Origin: Mobula hypostoma | Lineage: Eukaryota | Reading direction: 5' to 3' | Assembly (NCBI RefSeq): GCF_963921235.1 | Contig: NC_086097.1 | Span: forward strand, 210,678,001 to 210,742,000 | DNA: 64,000 nucleotides | Shown here: positions 25,165-37,848 of the stretch, piece after piece | Position numbering within the stretch: the stretch's first letter is position 1 | How the letters are laid out: each line of letters starts with the position of its first letter | Position numbers and translations under genes: made by a program | The notes under the pieces: model-generated | Database searches by the model: none | Seen by the model: the letters and a program-made list of their open reading frames with translations, nothing else | Told to the model about the DNA's origin: nothing

Positions 25165-26470
25165 CAGACTCAGAATCTCAATCAGATTTGTTATCATTGA
25201 CATATGTAGTGGAATTTGGTGTTCTACAGCAATACGGCGTGAGACATAAAAAATACCGCAAGTTACAAAAAATAAATAAATAGGGCAAGAGAAGAATAAT
25301 GAGTTCATGTTCATGGATTCATAGACTATTCCGAAATCTGATATCATAGGGGAAGATGCTGCTTCTAAAATGCTGAGTGTGGGTCATCAGTTCCTCTACC
25401 TCCTCCCCAGTGGGAGTAATGAGAGGAGGGCATGTCGCAGATGGTGAGGATACTTAATGATGGATGCTGCCTTCTTTGAAGCACAGCCTCTTGAAAATGT
25501 CCTTGGTGGTTGGGAATGTTGTGCCCTTGATGGAGCTGATTGAGTCTACAACCACTTGCAGCCTCTTTTGATTTAGATTAGATTAGATTGGATTAGATTA
25601 TGAGGACACTCAGCCCTCATTTATTGTCATTTAGAAATGCATGCATTAAGAAATGATACAATGTTCCTCCAGAGTGATATCACAAAAGAAACAGAACAAA
25701 CCAAAGACTAACACTGACAAGACCACATAATTATAACATATAGTTACAGCAGTGCAAAGCAATACCATAATTTGATAAAGAACAGACCATGGGAACGGTA
25801 AAAAAAGTCTCAAAGTTCCAATTGACTCCTGATAGTCCCTGATAGCAGGCAGCAGAAGGGAGAAACCCTCTCTGCCATAAACCTCCAGGCACCGACAACT
25901 GCCGATGCATTGGAAGCACCCGACCACAGCTGACTCTGATTCCGTCCGAAAACTTCTAGCCTCCGACCAGCCCTTCGACACCGAGCACCGAGCACCATCT
26001 CTGTTGAGTGCTTCGACCCCATCCCAGCCACCAAGCAACAAGCAAAGCCAAGGATTCGGGGCCTTCCCCTCCAGAGATTCTGGATCACACAGTAACACCG
26101 GCAGCAAAAAAGGCATTTCAGAAGTTTCTACAGATGTTCCTCTGTTCTCTCACGTCTGGCTCCATCAAATCAGAATTGTGCATGGCAGCCTACTTGACAG
26201 ATTACAGATATAATTCACCAGAGTGGCCACGCAAGCTCTGTCGCGCCGCCATCTTCTCCTCCTTTGCATATTGGAGCGTCCCTCCTAGATGGTGAGGTAA
26301 CCAGTCAGAATGCTCTCCACCCTACTCTGTAGAAATTTGCAAGTACCTTTTGAAGTGAAACCACTGACATGCCTTCTCCATGAATGTATCAATGTGCTGA
26401 GCGCACGTTAGATCCTCTGAGATGTTGATGCCTAGCAGCTTGTAGCTGCTCACTTTTTCCCAAATGCCCA
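25165..26470 (-). mobile_element. Rex1/Babar-type LINE 3' portion, split by the insertion at 25572-26262
   Basis: Reverse complement contains KAASIIK.PHH..H.L.S.LP.GRR and NFYR..VESILTG motifs; degenerate (ATTCTG)n-type tail near 25170. Confidence 0.65.
25572..26262 (-). mobile_element. Apparently full-length non-autonomous LINE-derived retroposon (~690 bp)
   Basis: 5' end GGAGGAGAAGATGGCGGCGCG, CpG-retaining non-coding body, aataaa and (TCTAA)n tail; second copy at 14759-15295. Confidence 0.7.
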
Positions 26471-26479
26471 ACCAGAAGG

Positions 26480-27115
26480 GGACACTGGTGTTGCCTTCTC
26501 CTCATTCGCTTCTTATCCTCTTCCTAATTCCTATCTGCTGCTACATTATTGCCAGTTTGTGATGGGTGTAACATACAAAGACGGATTAGGAGAGCACTCT
26601 GTAGATTGAATCAGACAGCAGAAGTTTCCTTGAGGATCTTTTTTTATAGTGTGTCCTTCGAAGTCAAGGACTTTCATCCAGTCCAGTTTTGCAGGTTCTG
26701 GGTACCTGATGAGCCCATTGTGGAAATTGCAGACTTTGCCATAGGTAAGAAAAAGAAGTGCCCCTGAGGGACAAGACAGCTGGTTTTTGGCACATTCTTC
26801 CATGTGCTCCCAACAGGGTCCTCAGTAATTTCCCAGACCATCCTTCTCCTTTTAAAGCGTTTAGGAGCCAGCAATTCACACAGATCATTGAGTATGTACC
26901 ATTTTATTAAGCAGGTTCTTGCTGAACTTTATCTATCTGGTGACCTCTTGTTGTGGCAGAACTTAGAAAGGTGTTTTTTTTTTCTTGAGTTTGATGTCTG
27001 GCGTGTGAATGCTGTGGGCTGACCGTCAGAAGTGGCTGATTGTAATTATCACTCCAGTGCTGGGGGGATATTGATCTGGGAGACGATGCTAACAATGTGT
27101 CATTTATCCTCTCAG
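26480..27115 (-). mobile_element. Old RTE-clade LINE 3' remnant
   Basis: Degenerate VSIVSQINIP, H...PDIKL, KFCHNKRSP and ...WE...GLI motifs paralleling the RTE C-terminus at 6396-6819. Confidence 0.5.
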
Positions 27116-28447
27116 TGGATTAAATCATAGAACATAAACCAGTACATCACTGAATAGATCATTCAGTCCACAATGTTGTGCTGATCTTGATGTCCTCCTC
27201 CTATATATCATCCATATCCCTCCATATCCTTCATATTCATGTCTATCTAAAAACCTCTTAATCTTAATGGAAGGTAAAGCAGACTGTCACAGTAAGGATA
27301 AATAATGACTGTTCCTCATGCAACAAGGGCATTGATGATAAGTGTTTGTGACTAAAACAGAACAGTTGAGAAATCGAAAAGCAGTATTCCCCGGAGCTGG
27401 AAGATATATTCAGATGTGGCACTCTTGAAACAACATAGGTGCGCAGTCAATGGTTACCTGCTGCCCTGGGAAATGAATAATTCTTAAGATTCATACGCTG
27501 GTGTTTTCTCCCGTTCATAGTACAGAGAGGTGGAGATGAATTCAGCTCTTCTGCATGTTGAGCTCTCAAAACTTCCCTAATGGAATAGTTTTGTTGCAAA
27601 TTATTTTACTTTGCTGGTGCACCAATGTCAGTTTGCAACAGAAGAAGACTAAGCTTAACCTCCATGTCAGCAGCCCTTAAAGATATCCGCAACTTCAATG
27701 ACATCCTAATAACGAACAGTCAAACTCTTCATTCAATCCCTTATTACATTCTCAAGCTGAGATCTAAAATTTCACATAGGAACTGGAAACAATTGACTTA
27801 TACGTCAGGTAATTATATCATTTCATCTTATTCATATGGCAGCTTTGAAAGAAAAAGACACTTGGGTATAAATCAGGTGTCACCAAATCTATCCTAACAC
27901 ATTGTATTGACAGATAAGACAGATTCACTGGAATTTTTTTACATAAATTCACAGACACGGGTGCAAATGATGAATTCCATTGCCATCATGTAAGCTTAAA
28001 TGCATCCACAGTGTTATTATAAGCATTTAAACAACCAAGTGCCTCAACATAAATATTAATCGCCATCTTCACCCGGATCCCACTTCAACTTGTTTGATAC
28101 CCCTGAGATGGATAACTAGAGCAAGAAACGAACATCAGAAATCTGATGTCATCTAAACCCAAGGCAAACGAGGAGGATGTGCAGAAAAGGATGGAAGGAA
28201 TGCTGAAGGGAACTTAAATAGTCCGATCCATTCTGATATTTGCTGATTCTATTCTGATTTGGGGATATTCTTTCTTAAAGCACAACAGTAATATAGCTTT
28301 GGCTTCCAACACAACCTGGAATAATTTGATGTTAGATTTTATTTTAACTCTAATATTTTCTATAGCAAAAGATGGGAATTGGAGACCTGTGTATGAATTA
28401 CACCAGGTATTAAAATATAAACTGCTTGAAGGATATTGCTCAAGATT

Positions 28448-31310
28448 CAAGGAGCATTCGTAACAAGGTGGATGAATTAAAAGTGCAGATTGTTATTGAT
28501 GAATATGATATAGTTGTGATCACAGAGACATGGCTCCAGGGTGACCAAGGATGGGAGCTCAACATTCAGGGATATTCAATATTCAGGAGGGATAGACATG
28601 AAAGAAAAGGAGGTGGGGTAGCATTGCTGGTTAGAGAGGAGGTTAACGCAATAGAAAGGAAGGACGTGAGCCAGGAGGATGTGGAATCGATATGGGTAGA
28701 GCTGCATAACACTAAGGGGCAGAAAATGCTGGTGGAAGTTGTGTACAGGCCACCTAACAGTAGTAGTGAGGTTGGGGATGGCATTAAACAAGAAATTAGA
28801 AATGCGTGCAATAAAGGAACAGCAGTTATAATGGGTGACTTCAATCTACATATAGATTGGGTGAACCAAATTGGTAAGGGTGCTGAGGAAAAGGATTTCT
28901 TGGAATGTATGCGGGTTAGTTTTTTGAACCAAAATGTCGAGGAACCAAATAGAGAGCAGGCTATTCTAGACTGGGTATTGAGCAATGAGGAAGGGTTAAT
29001 TAGCAATCTTGTTGTGAGAGGCCCCTTGGGTAAGAGTGACCATAATATGGTGGAATTCTTCATTAAGATAGAGAGTGACATAGTTAATTCAGAAACAAAG
29101 GTTCTGAACTTAAAGAAGGGTAACTTTAAAGGTATGAGATGTGAATTAGCTAAGATAGACTGGCAAATGATACTTAAAGGGTTGACGGTGGATATGCAAT
29201 GGCAAGCATTTAAAGATCGCATGGATGAACAACAACAATTGTTCATCCCAGTTTGGCAAAAGAATAAATCAGGGAAGGTAGTGCACCCATGGCTGACAAG
29301 GGAAATTAGGGATAGTATCAATTCCAAAGAAGAAGCATACAAATTAGCCAGAAAAAGTGGCTCACCTGAGGACTGGGAGAAATTCAGAGTCCAGCAGAGG
29401 AAGACAAAGGGCTTAATTAGGAAAGGGAAAAAAGATCATGAGAGAAAACTGGCAGGGAACATAAAAACTGACTGTAAAAGCTTTTATAGATATGTGAAAA
29501 GAAAAAGATTGGTTAAGACAAATGTAGGTCCCCTACAGACAGAAACAGGTGAATTGATTATGGGGAGCAAGGACATGGCAGACCAATTGAATAACTACTT
29601 TGGTTCTGTCTTCACTAAGGAGGACGTAAATAATCTTCTGGAAATAGTAGGGGACAGAGGGTCCAGTGAGATGGATGAACTGAGGGATATACATGTTAGT
29701 AGGGAAGTGGTGTTAGGTAAATTGAAGGGATTAAAGGCAGATAAATCCCCAGGGCCAGATGGTTTGCATCCCAGAGCGCTTAAGGAAGTAGCCCAAGAAA
29801 TAGTGGATGATAATTTTTAAAAACTCTTTAGATTCTGGACAAGTTCCTGAGGATTGGAAGGTGGCTAATGTAACCCCACTTTTTAAAAAAGGAGGGAGAT
29901 AGAAAGCGGGGAATTATAGACTGGTTAGCCTAACATTGGTGGTGGGGAAAATGCTAGAGTCAGTTATCAAAGGTGTGATAACAGCACATTTGGAATGCAG
30001 TGAAATCATCGGACAAAGTCAGCATGGATTTGTGAAAGGAAAATCATGTCTGATGAATCTCATAGAATTTTTTGAGGATGTAACTAGTAGAGTGGATAGG
30101 GGAGAACCAGTGGATGTGGTATATTTGGATTTTCAAAAGGCTTTTGACAAGGTCCCACACAGGAGATTAGTGTGCAAACTTAAAGCACACGGTATTGGGG
30201 GTAAGGTATTGATGTGGATAGAGAATTGGTTGGCAGACAGGAAGCTAAGAGTGGGAATAAATGGGACCTTTTCAGAATGGCAGGCAGTGACTAGTGGGGT
30301 ACCGCAAGGCTCAGTGCTGGGACCCCAGTTGTTTACAATATATATTCATGACTTAGAAGAGGGAATTAAATGCAGCATCTTCAAGTTTGCGGATGACACG
30401 AAGCTGGGTGGCAGTGTTAACTGTGAGGAGGATGCTAAGAGGATGCAGAGTGACTTGGATAGGTTAGGTGAGTGGGCAAATTCATGGCAGATGCAATTTA
30501 ATGTGGATAAATGTGAGGTTATCCACTTTGGAGCCAAAAACAGGAAAACAGATTATTATCTGAACGGTGGCCGATTAGGAAAAGGGGAGGTGCAATGAGA
30601 CCTGGGTGTCATTGTACACTAGTCATTGAAAGTGGGCATGCAGGTACAGCAGGTGGTGAAAAAGGCGAATGGTATGCTGGCATTCATAGCAAGAGGATTC
30701 AAGTACAGAAGCAGGGAGGTACTGCTGCAGTTGTACAAGGCCTTGGTGAGACCACACCTGGAGTATTGTATGCAGTTTTGGTTCCCTAATCTGAGGAAGG
30801 ACATTCTTGCCATAGAGGGAGTACAAAAAAGGTTCACCAGATTGATTCCTGGGATGGCAGGACTTTCATATGATGAAAGACTGGATCGACTAGGCTTATA
30901 CTCTCTGGAATTTAGAAGATTGAGGGGGGATCTTATTGAAATGTATAAAATCCTAAAGGGATTGGACAGGCTAGATGCAGGAAAATTGTTCCTGATGTTG
31001 GGGAAGTCCAGAACGAGGGGTCACAGTTTGAGGATAAAGGGGAAGCCTTTTAGGACTGAGATTAGGAAAAACTTCTTCACACAGAGAGTGGTGAATCTGT
31101 GGAATTCTCTGCCACAGGAAACAGTTGAGGCCAGTTCATTGGCTATATTTAAGAGGGAGTTAGATATGGCTCTTGTGGCTAAAGGGATCAGGGGGTATGG
31201 AGGGAAGGCTGGTACAGGGTTCTGAGTTGGATGATCAGCCATGATCATACTGAATGGCGGTGCAGGCTCGAAGGGCCGAATGGCCTACTCCTGCACCTAT
31301 TTTCTATGTT
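28448..31310 (+). mobile_element. Young CR1 LINE, nearly complete ORF2 (EN + RT), 5'-truncated
   Basis: RSIRNKVDEL..ITETWL, YRPP, MGDFN, SDHN, KSPGPDGLHPR, QHGF, YLDFQKAFDKVPH, GVPQGSVLGP, FADDTKL, LYKALVRPHLEY. Only a few lesions (~29810, ~29900, TGA at 30596); tttctatg tail. Confidence 0.95.
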
Positions 31311-31680
31311 TGTATTCCAGCATTAGCAGTCTCTTGTGTCTCCATTAGACTTTGTTGTGTTGGTATTTCAAGCATAAAATGGACACATGTCTAGAGACCA
31401 AGATAGTGCACCCTCCAGTCACAGGGAAGTTAACCCAAATTAAAGTGAACCAGATAGTTATTGAGATGCCTCAGTAGCTGCACAACTTCCTGATCCTCTT
31501 AACTTCACCATGAGATTGCATTGCTACAGCTACCAATTTCCTAAGGTCTGAAATTACTTTTCTAAATCTTTGTTTTGTTACTCTCCCTACATGAAGACAT
31601 TAAAATCAAGGTAACGTTAGCAGTGTGAGGGAATAGGCAGAAACATGGCAGAGCTACTATAATGTTTAATCCTGTTGATG

Positions 31681-31970
31681 AGGTGGCACAACAGTATAGT
31701 GGTTAGCATAATGCTTTAAAGTACAGGAGACCTGGGTTCAATTCCTGCTGCTGCCTGTAAGGATTATATATCTTCTTCCTGTGACACAGTGGCTTCCTCT
31801 GGGTGCTCCGGTTTCCTCCCACAGTCAAAAGGCATATAGGTTAGTGGGTTAATTGTTTATTGTAAATTGTCCTGTGGTTAGGCTAGGGTTAAATCGGGAG
31901 ATAGCTTGATAGTGTACCTCGAAGAGCCAGAAGGGCCTATTCCTCACCGTATTTCAATAACTAAATAAAT
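31681..31970 (+). mobile_element. tRNA-derived V-SINE (HE1-like)
   Basis: A box tagtggttagc, B box gggttcaattcc, V-domain tcctctgggtgctccggtttcctcccacagtcaaaa, 3' aataactaaataaat. Confidence 0.8.
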
Positions 31971-32069
31971 AACTATTTTGAAGTGTCATATTATCTTATC
32001 CCTTATAATTATCTCCACTAATTCTTTCATTACTGACATTAGGTTAAAGATTTGTAGTATTTTGTTTTA

Positions 32070-32440
32070 TCACCTGCACATACCTTCCTCTTGTACCTCT
32101 CCTCCTTCCCTTTCTCCAATAGTCAGCTCTCTTCTTCTATAGATTCTTTCTTCTTCAGCCCTTTGCCACTTCCACCTATCACCTCCCATCTTTTCACTTC
32201 AACTCCTCCTCCACCCAACTGCTTTCCCACTTATCTGATTTCACCTCTCACTTGCCAGCTTGTACTCCTTTCCCTCCCCCACTTCATTCTGGCTTCTTCC
32301 CCTTCCATTCCAGTCCTGGTGAAGGGGCTTGGACTGAAGCATCAACTGTTTATTCCTCTCCATAGATTGCTGCCTGACCTGTTAAATTTCCCCAGCATTT
32401 TGTGTTTCTTGCTGGATCTCCAGCATCTGCAGAATCTTTT
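32070..32440 (+). mobile_element. Penelope-like pLTR fragment
   Basis: Pyrimidine-rich tract followed by ccagtcctggtgaagggg...gaagcatcaactg and atagattgctgcctgacctg, as in the other Penelope termini. Confidence 0.6.
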
Positions 32441-35400
32441 GGGTATAATATCTTGTTTTTTTTAATATAAATCTTCCTCCCCTTTTAACAAGGAAGCTAT
32501 ATTTCCACCCATCAATCCTCAGGACCTATTCCATTATCTATAGTGTTTAGGAGAATGATATCCAATACATTCATCATTCCCTCATCAATTAGCATTCTGG
32601 AATGCAAATAATCATGCATTACTGTATTTTTGTACCAGTAATTTCACTCAAATTGTTTTTGTACTAATATTAATTTCTTTAGTTCCTCACATTCTTCAGA
32701 TTCTTGGTCCTTTAAAGTGTCTGGAAGGTTATTTGGGTCTTCTCTTGTAAGGTATTTGTTTAATTATTCTGCTATTGTCCAGTTCCCTGTTTTGAACTCT
32801 CCCATTTATGACAGCTGAGAGACTAAACTTGACCTCACTGATCTTTTTTTTTCTCTTTATACATGTCTGTAAATGCTGATATAGTCCAGTTTTTTCTGCA
32901 TTTTACGATCTTGTATTTTCATTCCCTAAGTCAATTTCTTCATCGTTTGCTGAAACACAAACTGTTCCTAATCCTCAAATTTTTATCTTTGTTTGGCAAC
33001 CTTGTGTAACTCATTTTTAATTCTAATCCTTTCCTATATCAGCCATGGTACAGCCACTTTTCCTTTTGTTTTTATAAGCCAGGTAAGAATATGCTTATGC
33101 TCCTATATCTCCTATATCTTATGGTCTTAAAACAATTTCTGTATTTGTTTATTAAATGTTAGTTATTACCTACTTATCATCATGCTTTTTAATTATGTTT
33201 GCAAATGGATCATAGCGAACTAGCTTCACATTGTTTAGGAGCCTAGTTTGTATAGATCAATTTCACTTTCCCGTGAATGACAAATTTAGTCACATAGTGG
33301 GTATCAGTTTTCCTTGCATTTCCTACAATGCATTACTTGAAAGTGCATCTCTTTGCTAAGATTCCTAAGACAATGTGTTAGGCATATTTCTCGACTTCTC
33401 ATAATATTGGCTTTTTATATATCTTCACAGGCTTACAGACACTGTTGCAGGGAGACAATCAGAAGATTTGTGGATAGATTTTGACTTATCTTGTCCCCTG
33501 GTAGTGTATTATTCTCCTGTGGCAATAATATACCGTACTTAATGAAATGCATTTTCATAAGATCAGTGCAGATTTACATTCTAATCTGAATGTTGGCAGG
33601 AGCTGCAGAAGCAGATGTACTTCAGAATATGTGACTGCAACTTTGTGCCTCATATCCTCTTGTTAGTCACTGTTGAGGTGAGATGAGCTGTGGTTTGAAA
33701 ATTACTAATATGTCAGCTTGATTACTCTGCATCCACTCTGAATTAATTGTCTGTCAGTAGTTAAGACAAATTCATTGCATTTGTAAGTCAAAACAACTCT
33801 TAAAACATTCATTTTTTTTCTGGTTCCTTGCACTGCACTTCGAATCTACTCATCACATTTAGTTCAGAGGCAATAAAAGGGCTTTGACCAGCAGCCGGTC
33901 CGAGCATCGGAAGTTTGGAGAGGAGGGGACTGCTTGAGGATGAAAAGCAGCAGTGGGTCACAGCAGTGAAAAAGAGCTTTGACCTGCTGCCAATCAGCAT
34001 TTTAGATTGACGAGTAAGAGCAAATTAAAGGAAGATAGGGGCAAGCAGCGGCCATCGTCGCAGTGGCCGTCACCTGAGTGGACATAGTCAGAGGGGTGAT
34101 CTTGAGGCTTTGGCTTTTTGAGGCTTCCACAAAGAGAGGCTTCATTCAGAGAAAGTGAAAGGAAGAAAAGCTCAAGTTTTTCTCCTTCTCTTCTTTATAT
34201 CTACTCAGCTAGGACAGTGGAGATGCCCGGCAGGACAGTGAAATGCTCCTCTTGCAGGATGTGATAAGGCAGGAAGACCTCCAGTGTCCCTGACAACTTC
34301 GACTGCGAGAAGTGCACCCAGCTGCAGCTTCTAACAATCCCATTAAGGAGTTGGAGCTGGAACTGAATGAACTCCGGATCATTTGGGAGACTGAGAGGGT
34401 GATAGATAGGACCTGTAGAGAGAGAGTTACACCTAAGGTGCAGGACAAAGGAGACTGGGTGACAGTCAGGAAGGGAAAAGGGATTAAAGAGCTAGTGCAG
34501 AGTACCCCTGTGGCCACCCCTTCAACAACAGGTATATAACTTTGGATACTGTCAGCGGGGATGACCTAACAGAGGAAAGTCACAGAGGTCAGGTTTCTGG
34601 CTCCGTGACTCAGAAGGGAAGGCGGGAGAAGAGGCACGCTGTGGTGATAGGGGATTCATTAGTTAGGAGAATGGACAGGAGATTATGCGGGTGAGAACAT
34701 GATCCCCAGATGGTATGTTGCCTCCCGGATGCCAGGGTCCGGGATATCTTGCATCATGTTCTCAGCATTCTTAAGTGGGAAGGTGAACAGCCGGAAGTCA
34801 TAGTCCATGTAAGTACCAACGACATGGATAGGACAAGTGACAAGGTTCTGCATAGAGAGCTCAGGGAGTTAGGCACTATGTTAAAGGGCAGGACCTCCAG
34901 CGCTGTGATCTCAGGATTGCTACCCATGCTACGTGATAGTGAGGCCAGAACGAGGCAGATTATACAGTTTAATTCAAGGCTAAGGAGTTGCTGTAGGAGG
35001 GAGGGCATAAGATATTTAGATCATCAGGCTCTCTGCCAGGGAAGGTGGGGCTTGTAAGGAGGGACCATTTGTACCTGAACTGGAGAAGGTCAAATATCTT
35101 AACAGGAAGGTTTGTTAATGCTGTATGGTGGCGTTTAAACTAGAGTTGCAGGGGATTGGAGCCAGAGTGGCAGAACATTTAATGGAGAGGTTGTGGAGGC
35201 AGATGTTGGTAGGACATCAAGCAAAGTTAGGAGTCAAAAGGTTGATCGTGGTGCGACTAGCGTCCAGAGCAGCCTATATTTCAATGCAAGAAACATCGTA
35301 GGAAAGGCGGAAAATAAAGCTGAAGATGAGGTAGCTGGTTTACAAACAGAAGCATTGTGTAGTGAGGAGAAGCTGTTGATAGGGCAAAATTGCAGTCAAC

Positions 35401-35804
35401 AGGTTGAGTTGCAATGTAAAAAGCGGACAAAATCGAAAAGGGTGAATACGGGACTGAAGGTGTTGCATTTGCATACATGCAGCATATGGAATAAGTTAGA
35501 TGAACTTGCAGCACAGTTGCAGATTGGCAGGTATGATGTTGTAGGCATCTGAATCATGGCTGAAAGGTTAATGTCCAAGGATACACATTGTATTGAAAGG
35601 ATACGAAAGGGAAATGTTACAATAGTCATGGGGGACTTCAATATGCAAGTAGATTGGGAAAATCAGGCTGGTGCTCAGTTCCAGGAGGGCTAATTTCTAG
35701 AGTGCCTATGAGATGTTTTTTTTTAAAGTAGCTTGTGATTGAGCCCAGTAGAAGATCAGCCCTTCAGGATTAGCTGTTGAGCAACGAATCAGAATTGATT
35801 TTAG

Positions 35805-36634
35805 AATTTAATGTGGATAAATGTGAAGTTATCCACTTTGGTGGCAAAAATAGGAAAACAGATTATTATCTGAATGGTGGCCGATTAGGAAAAGGGGAGG
35901 TGCAACGAGACCTGGGTGTCATTATACACCAGTCATTGAAAGTGGGCATGCAGGTACAGCAGGCGGTGAAAAAGGCGAACGGTATGCTGGCATTTATAGC
36001 GAGAGGATTCGAGTACAGGAGCAGGGAGGTACTACTGCAGTTGTACAAGGCCTTGGTGAGACCACACCTGGAGTATTGTGTGCAGTTTTGGTCCCCTAAT
36101 CTGAGGAAAGACATCTTTGCCATAGAGGGAGTACAAAGAAGGTTCACCAGATTGATTCCTGGGATGGCAGGACTTTCATATGAAGAAAGACTGGATGAAC
36201 TGGGCTTGTACTCGTTGGAATTTAGAAGATTGAGGGGGGATCTGATTGAAACGTATAAGATCCTGAAGGGATTGGACAGGCTAGATGCAGGAAGATTGTT
36301 CCCGATGTTGGGGAAGTCCAGAACGAGGGGTCACAGTTTGAGGATAGAGGGGAAGCCTTTTAGGACCGAGATTAGGAAAAACTTCTTCACACAGAGAGTG
36401 GTGAATCTGTGGAATTCTCTGCCACAGCAAACTGTTGAGGCCAGTTCATTGGCTATGTTTAAGAGGGAGTTAGATATGGCCCTTGTGGCTACAGGGGTCA
36501 GGGGGTATGGAGGGAAGGCTGGGGCGGGGTTCTGAGTTGGATGATCAGCCATGATCATAATAAATGGTGGTGCAGGCTCGAAGGGCCGAATGGCCTACTC
36601 CTGCACCTATTTTCTATGCTTCTATGTTTCTATG
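35805..36634 (+). mobile_element. Young 5'-truncated CR1 nested in an older CR1
   Basis: Uninterrupted ORF2 C-terminal frame (FNVDKCEVIHFG...GYGGKAGAGF), near-identical to 30496-31310; (TTCTATG) tail. Confidence 0.95.
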
Positions 36635-37848
36635 ATTACAGAGCTTAAGGTAAAAGAACTCTTATGGTCAAGTGATCATAATATGATGAATTTCACCCTG
36701 AAATTTGAGAAAGATAGGCTAAAGTTAGATGTATCAGTATTACAGTGGAGTAAAGGGGTGTAGGGCCTCTGGACAGAGGCAGTACCTTTGATGTCTGGCA
36801 GCTGCACTCTATGTAGTATGGTGGACAAGCGTCACCGGTCCTCATCAATCTCATAAGTCTCTCACGTCTGCCTCCGAGTGATACTAAAAGTTTCTTCAGA
36901 TACATAAAGTATAAAAGAGAGGTGAGTTTGTAGATATCGGATGATGCTGGAGGAAGTAATGGGAGACAATGAAATGGCAGATGAACTGAATAAGTATTTT
37001 GCATCAGTCTTCACTGTGGAAGACACTAATATAGGTGGAAGTTCCAGGTGTCAGGGTCATGAAGAGTGTGAAGTTACCAAACAGTAACTAGAGAGAAGGT
37101 TCTTGGGAAACTGGAAGGTCTGAAGGAAGATAAATCATCTGGACCACATGGTGTACACACCAGAGTTCTGAAATAGGTGGTTGAAGAGATCATGGAGTCA
37201 TTAGTAATGATCTTTCAAGAATCACTAGATTCTGGAATGGTTCCAGAAGATGGGAAAACTTCACTCCACTAATCAAAAAGGGAGAGAGGCAGAAGAAAGA
37301 AATTATAGGCCATTTAGTCTGATCTCAGTGGTTAGAAAGATGTTGGAGTAAATTGTTAAGGATGAGGTCTCAGTGTACTTGGAGGCACATGATAAAGTAA
37401 GCCGTAGTCAGCATGGTTTCCTCAAAGGAAAGTCTTTCCCGACAGATCTGTTGGAATTCTTTGAAGAAATAACAAGCAGGTCAAAGGAGGATCAGTGGAT
37501 GTTGTGTACTTGGATTTTCAGAAGGTCTTTGACAAGAAGCCACACATAAAGCTGCTTAATAAGCTGTGAACCCATAGTATTACAGGAAAGATTCTAGCAT
37601 TGATGAAGCGGTGGCTGATTGGCAGAAGGCAAAGAGTGGAAATAAAGGGAGCCTTTTCTGGCTAGCTTCCATTGAGTAGTGATGTTCCACAGGTGTCTGT
37701 GTTTGAGCGGATTCTTTTTACACTATACGTCAATGAATTGGGTGACAGAGTTGATGGCTTTGTTGCAAATTTTGCAGATGATATAAAGATAGGTTGCATG
37801 GCCAGTAGTTTTGAGGAAGTAGAGAGGCTACAGAAGGACTTAGACAGA

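Noticed and set aside
28566..29342. 258-aa minus-strand ORF and similar antisense ORFs over LINEs
   Set aside because: These are antisense shadows of LINE coding sequence with no independent protein motifs.
28426..31225. Long ORFs (464, 220, 199 aa) as a host gene
   Set aside because: They are consecutive pieces of a CR1 ORF2 broken by a frameshift and stops, 5'-truncated and ending in a CR1 tail.
31681..31760. tRNA gene
   Set aside because: The A/B boxes continue into a V-SINE core and no complete cloverleaf is evident.
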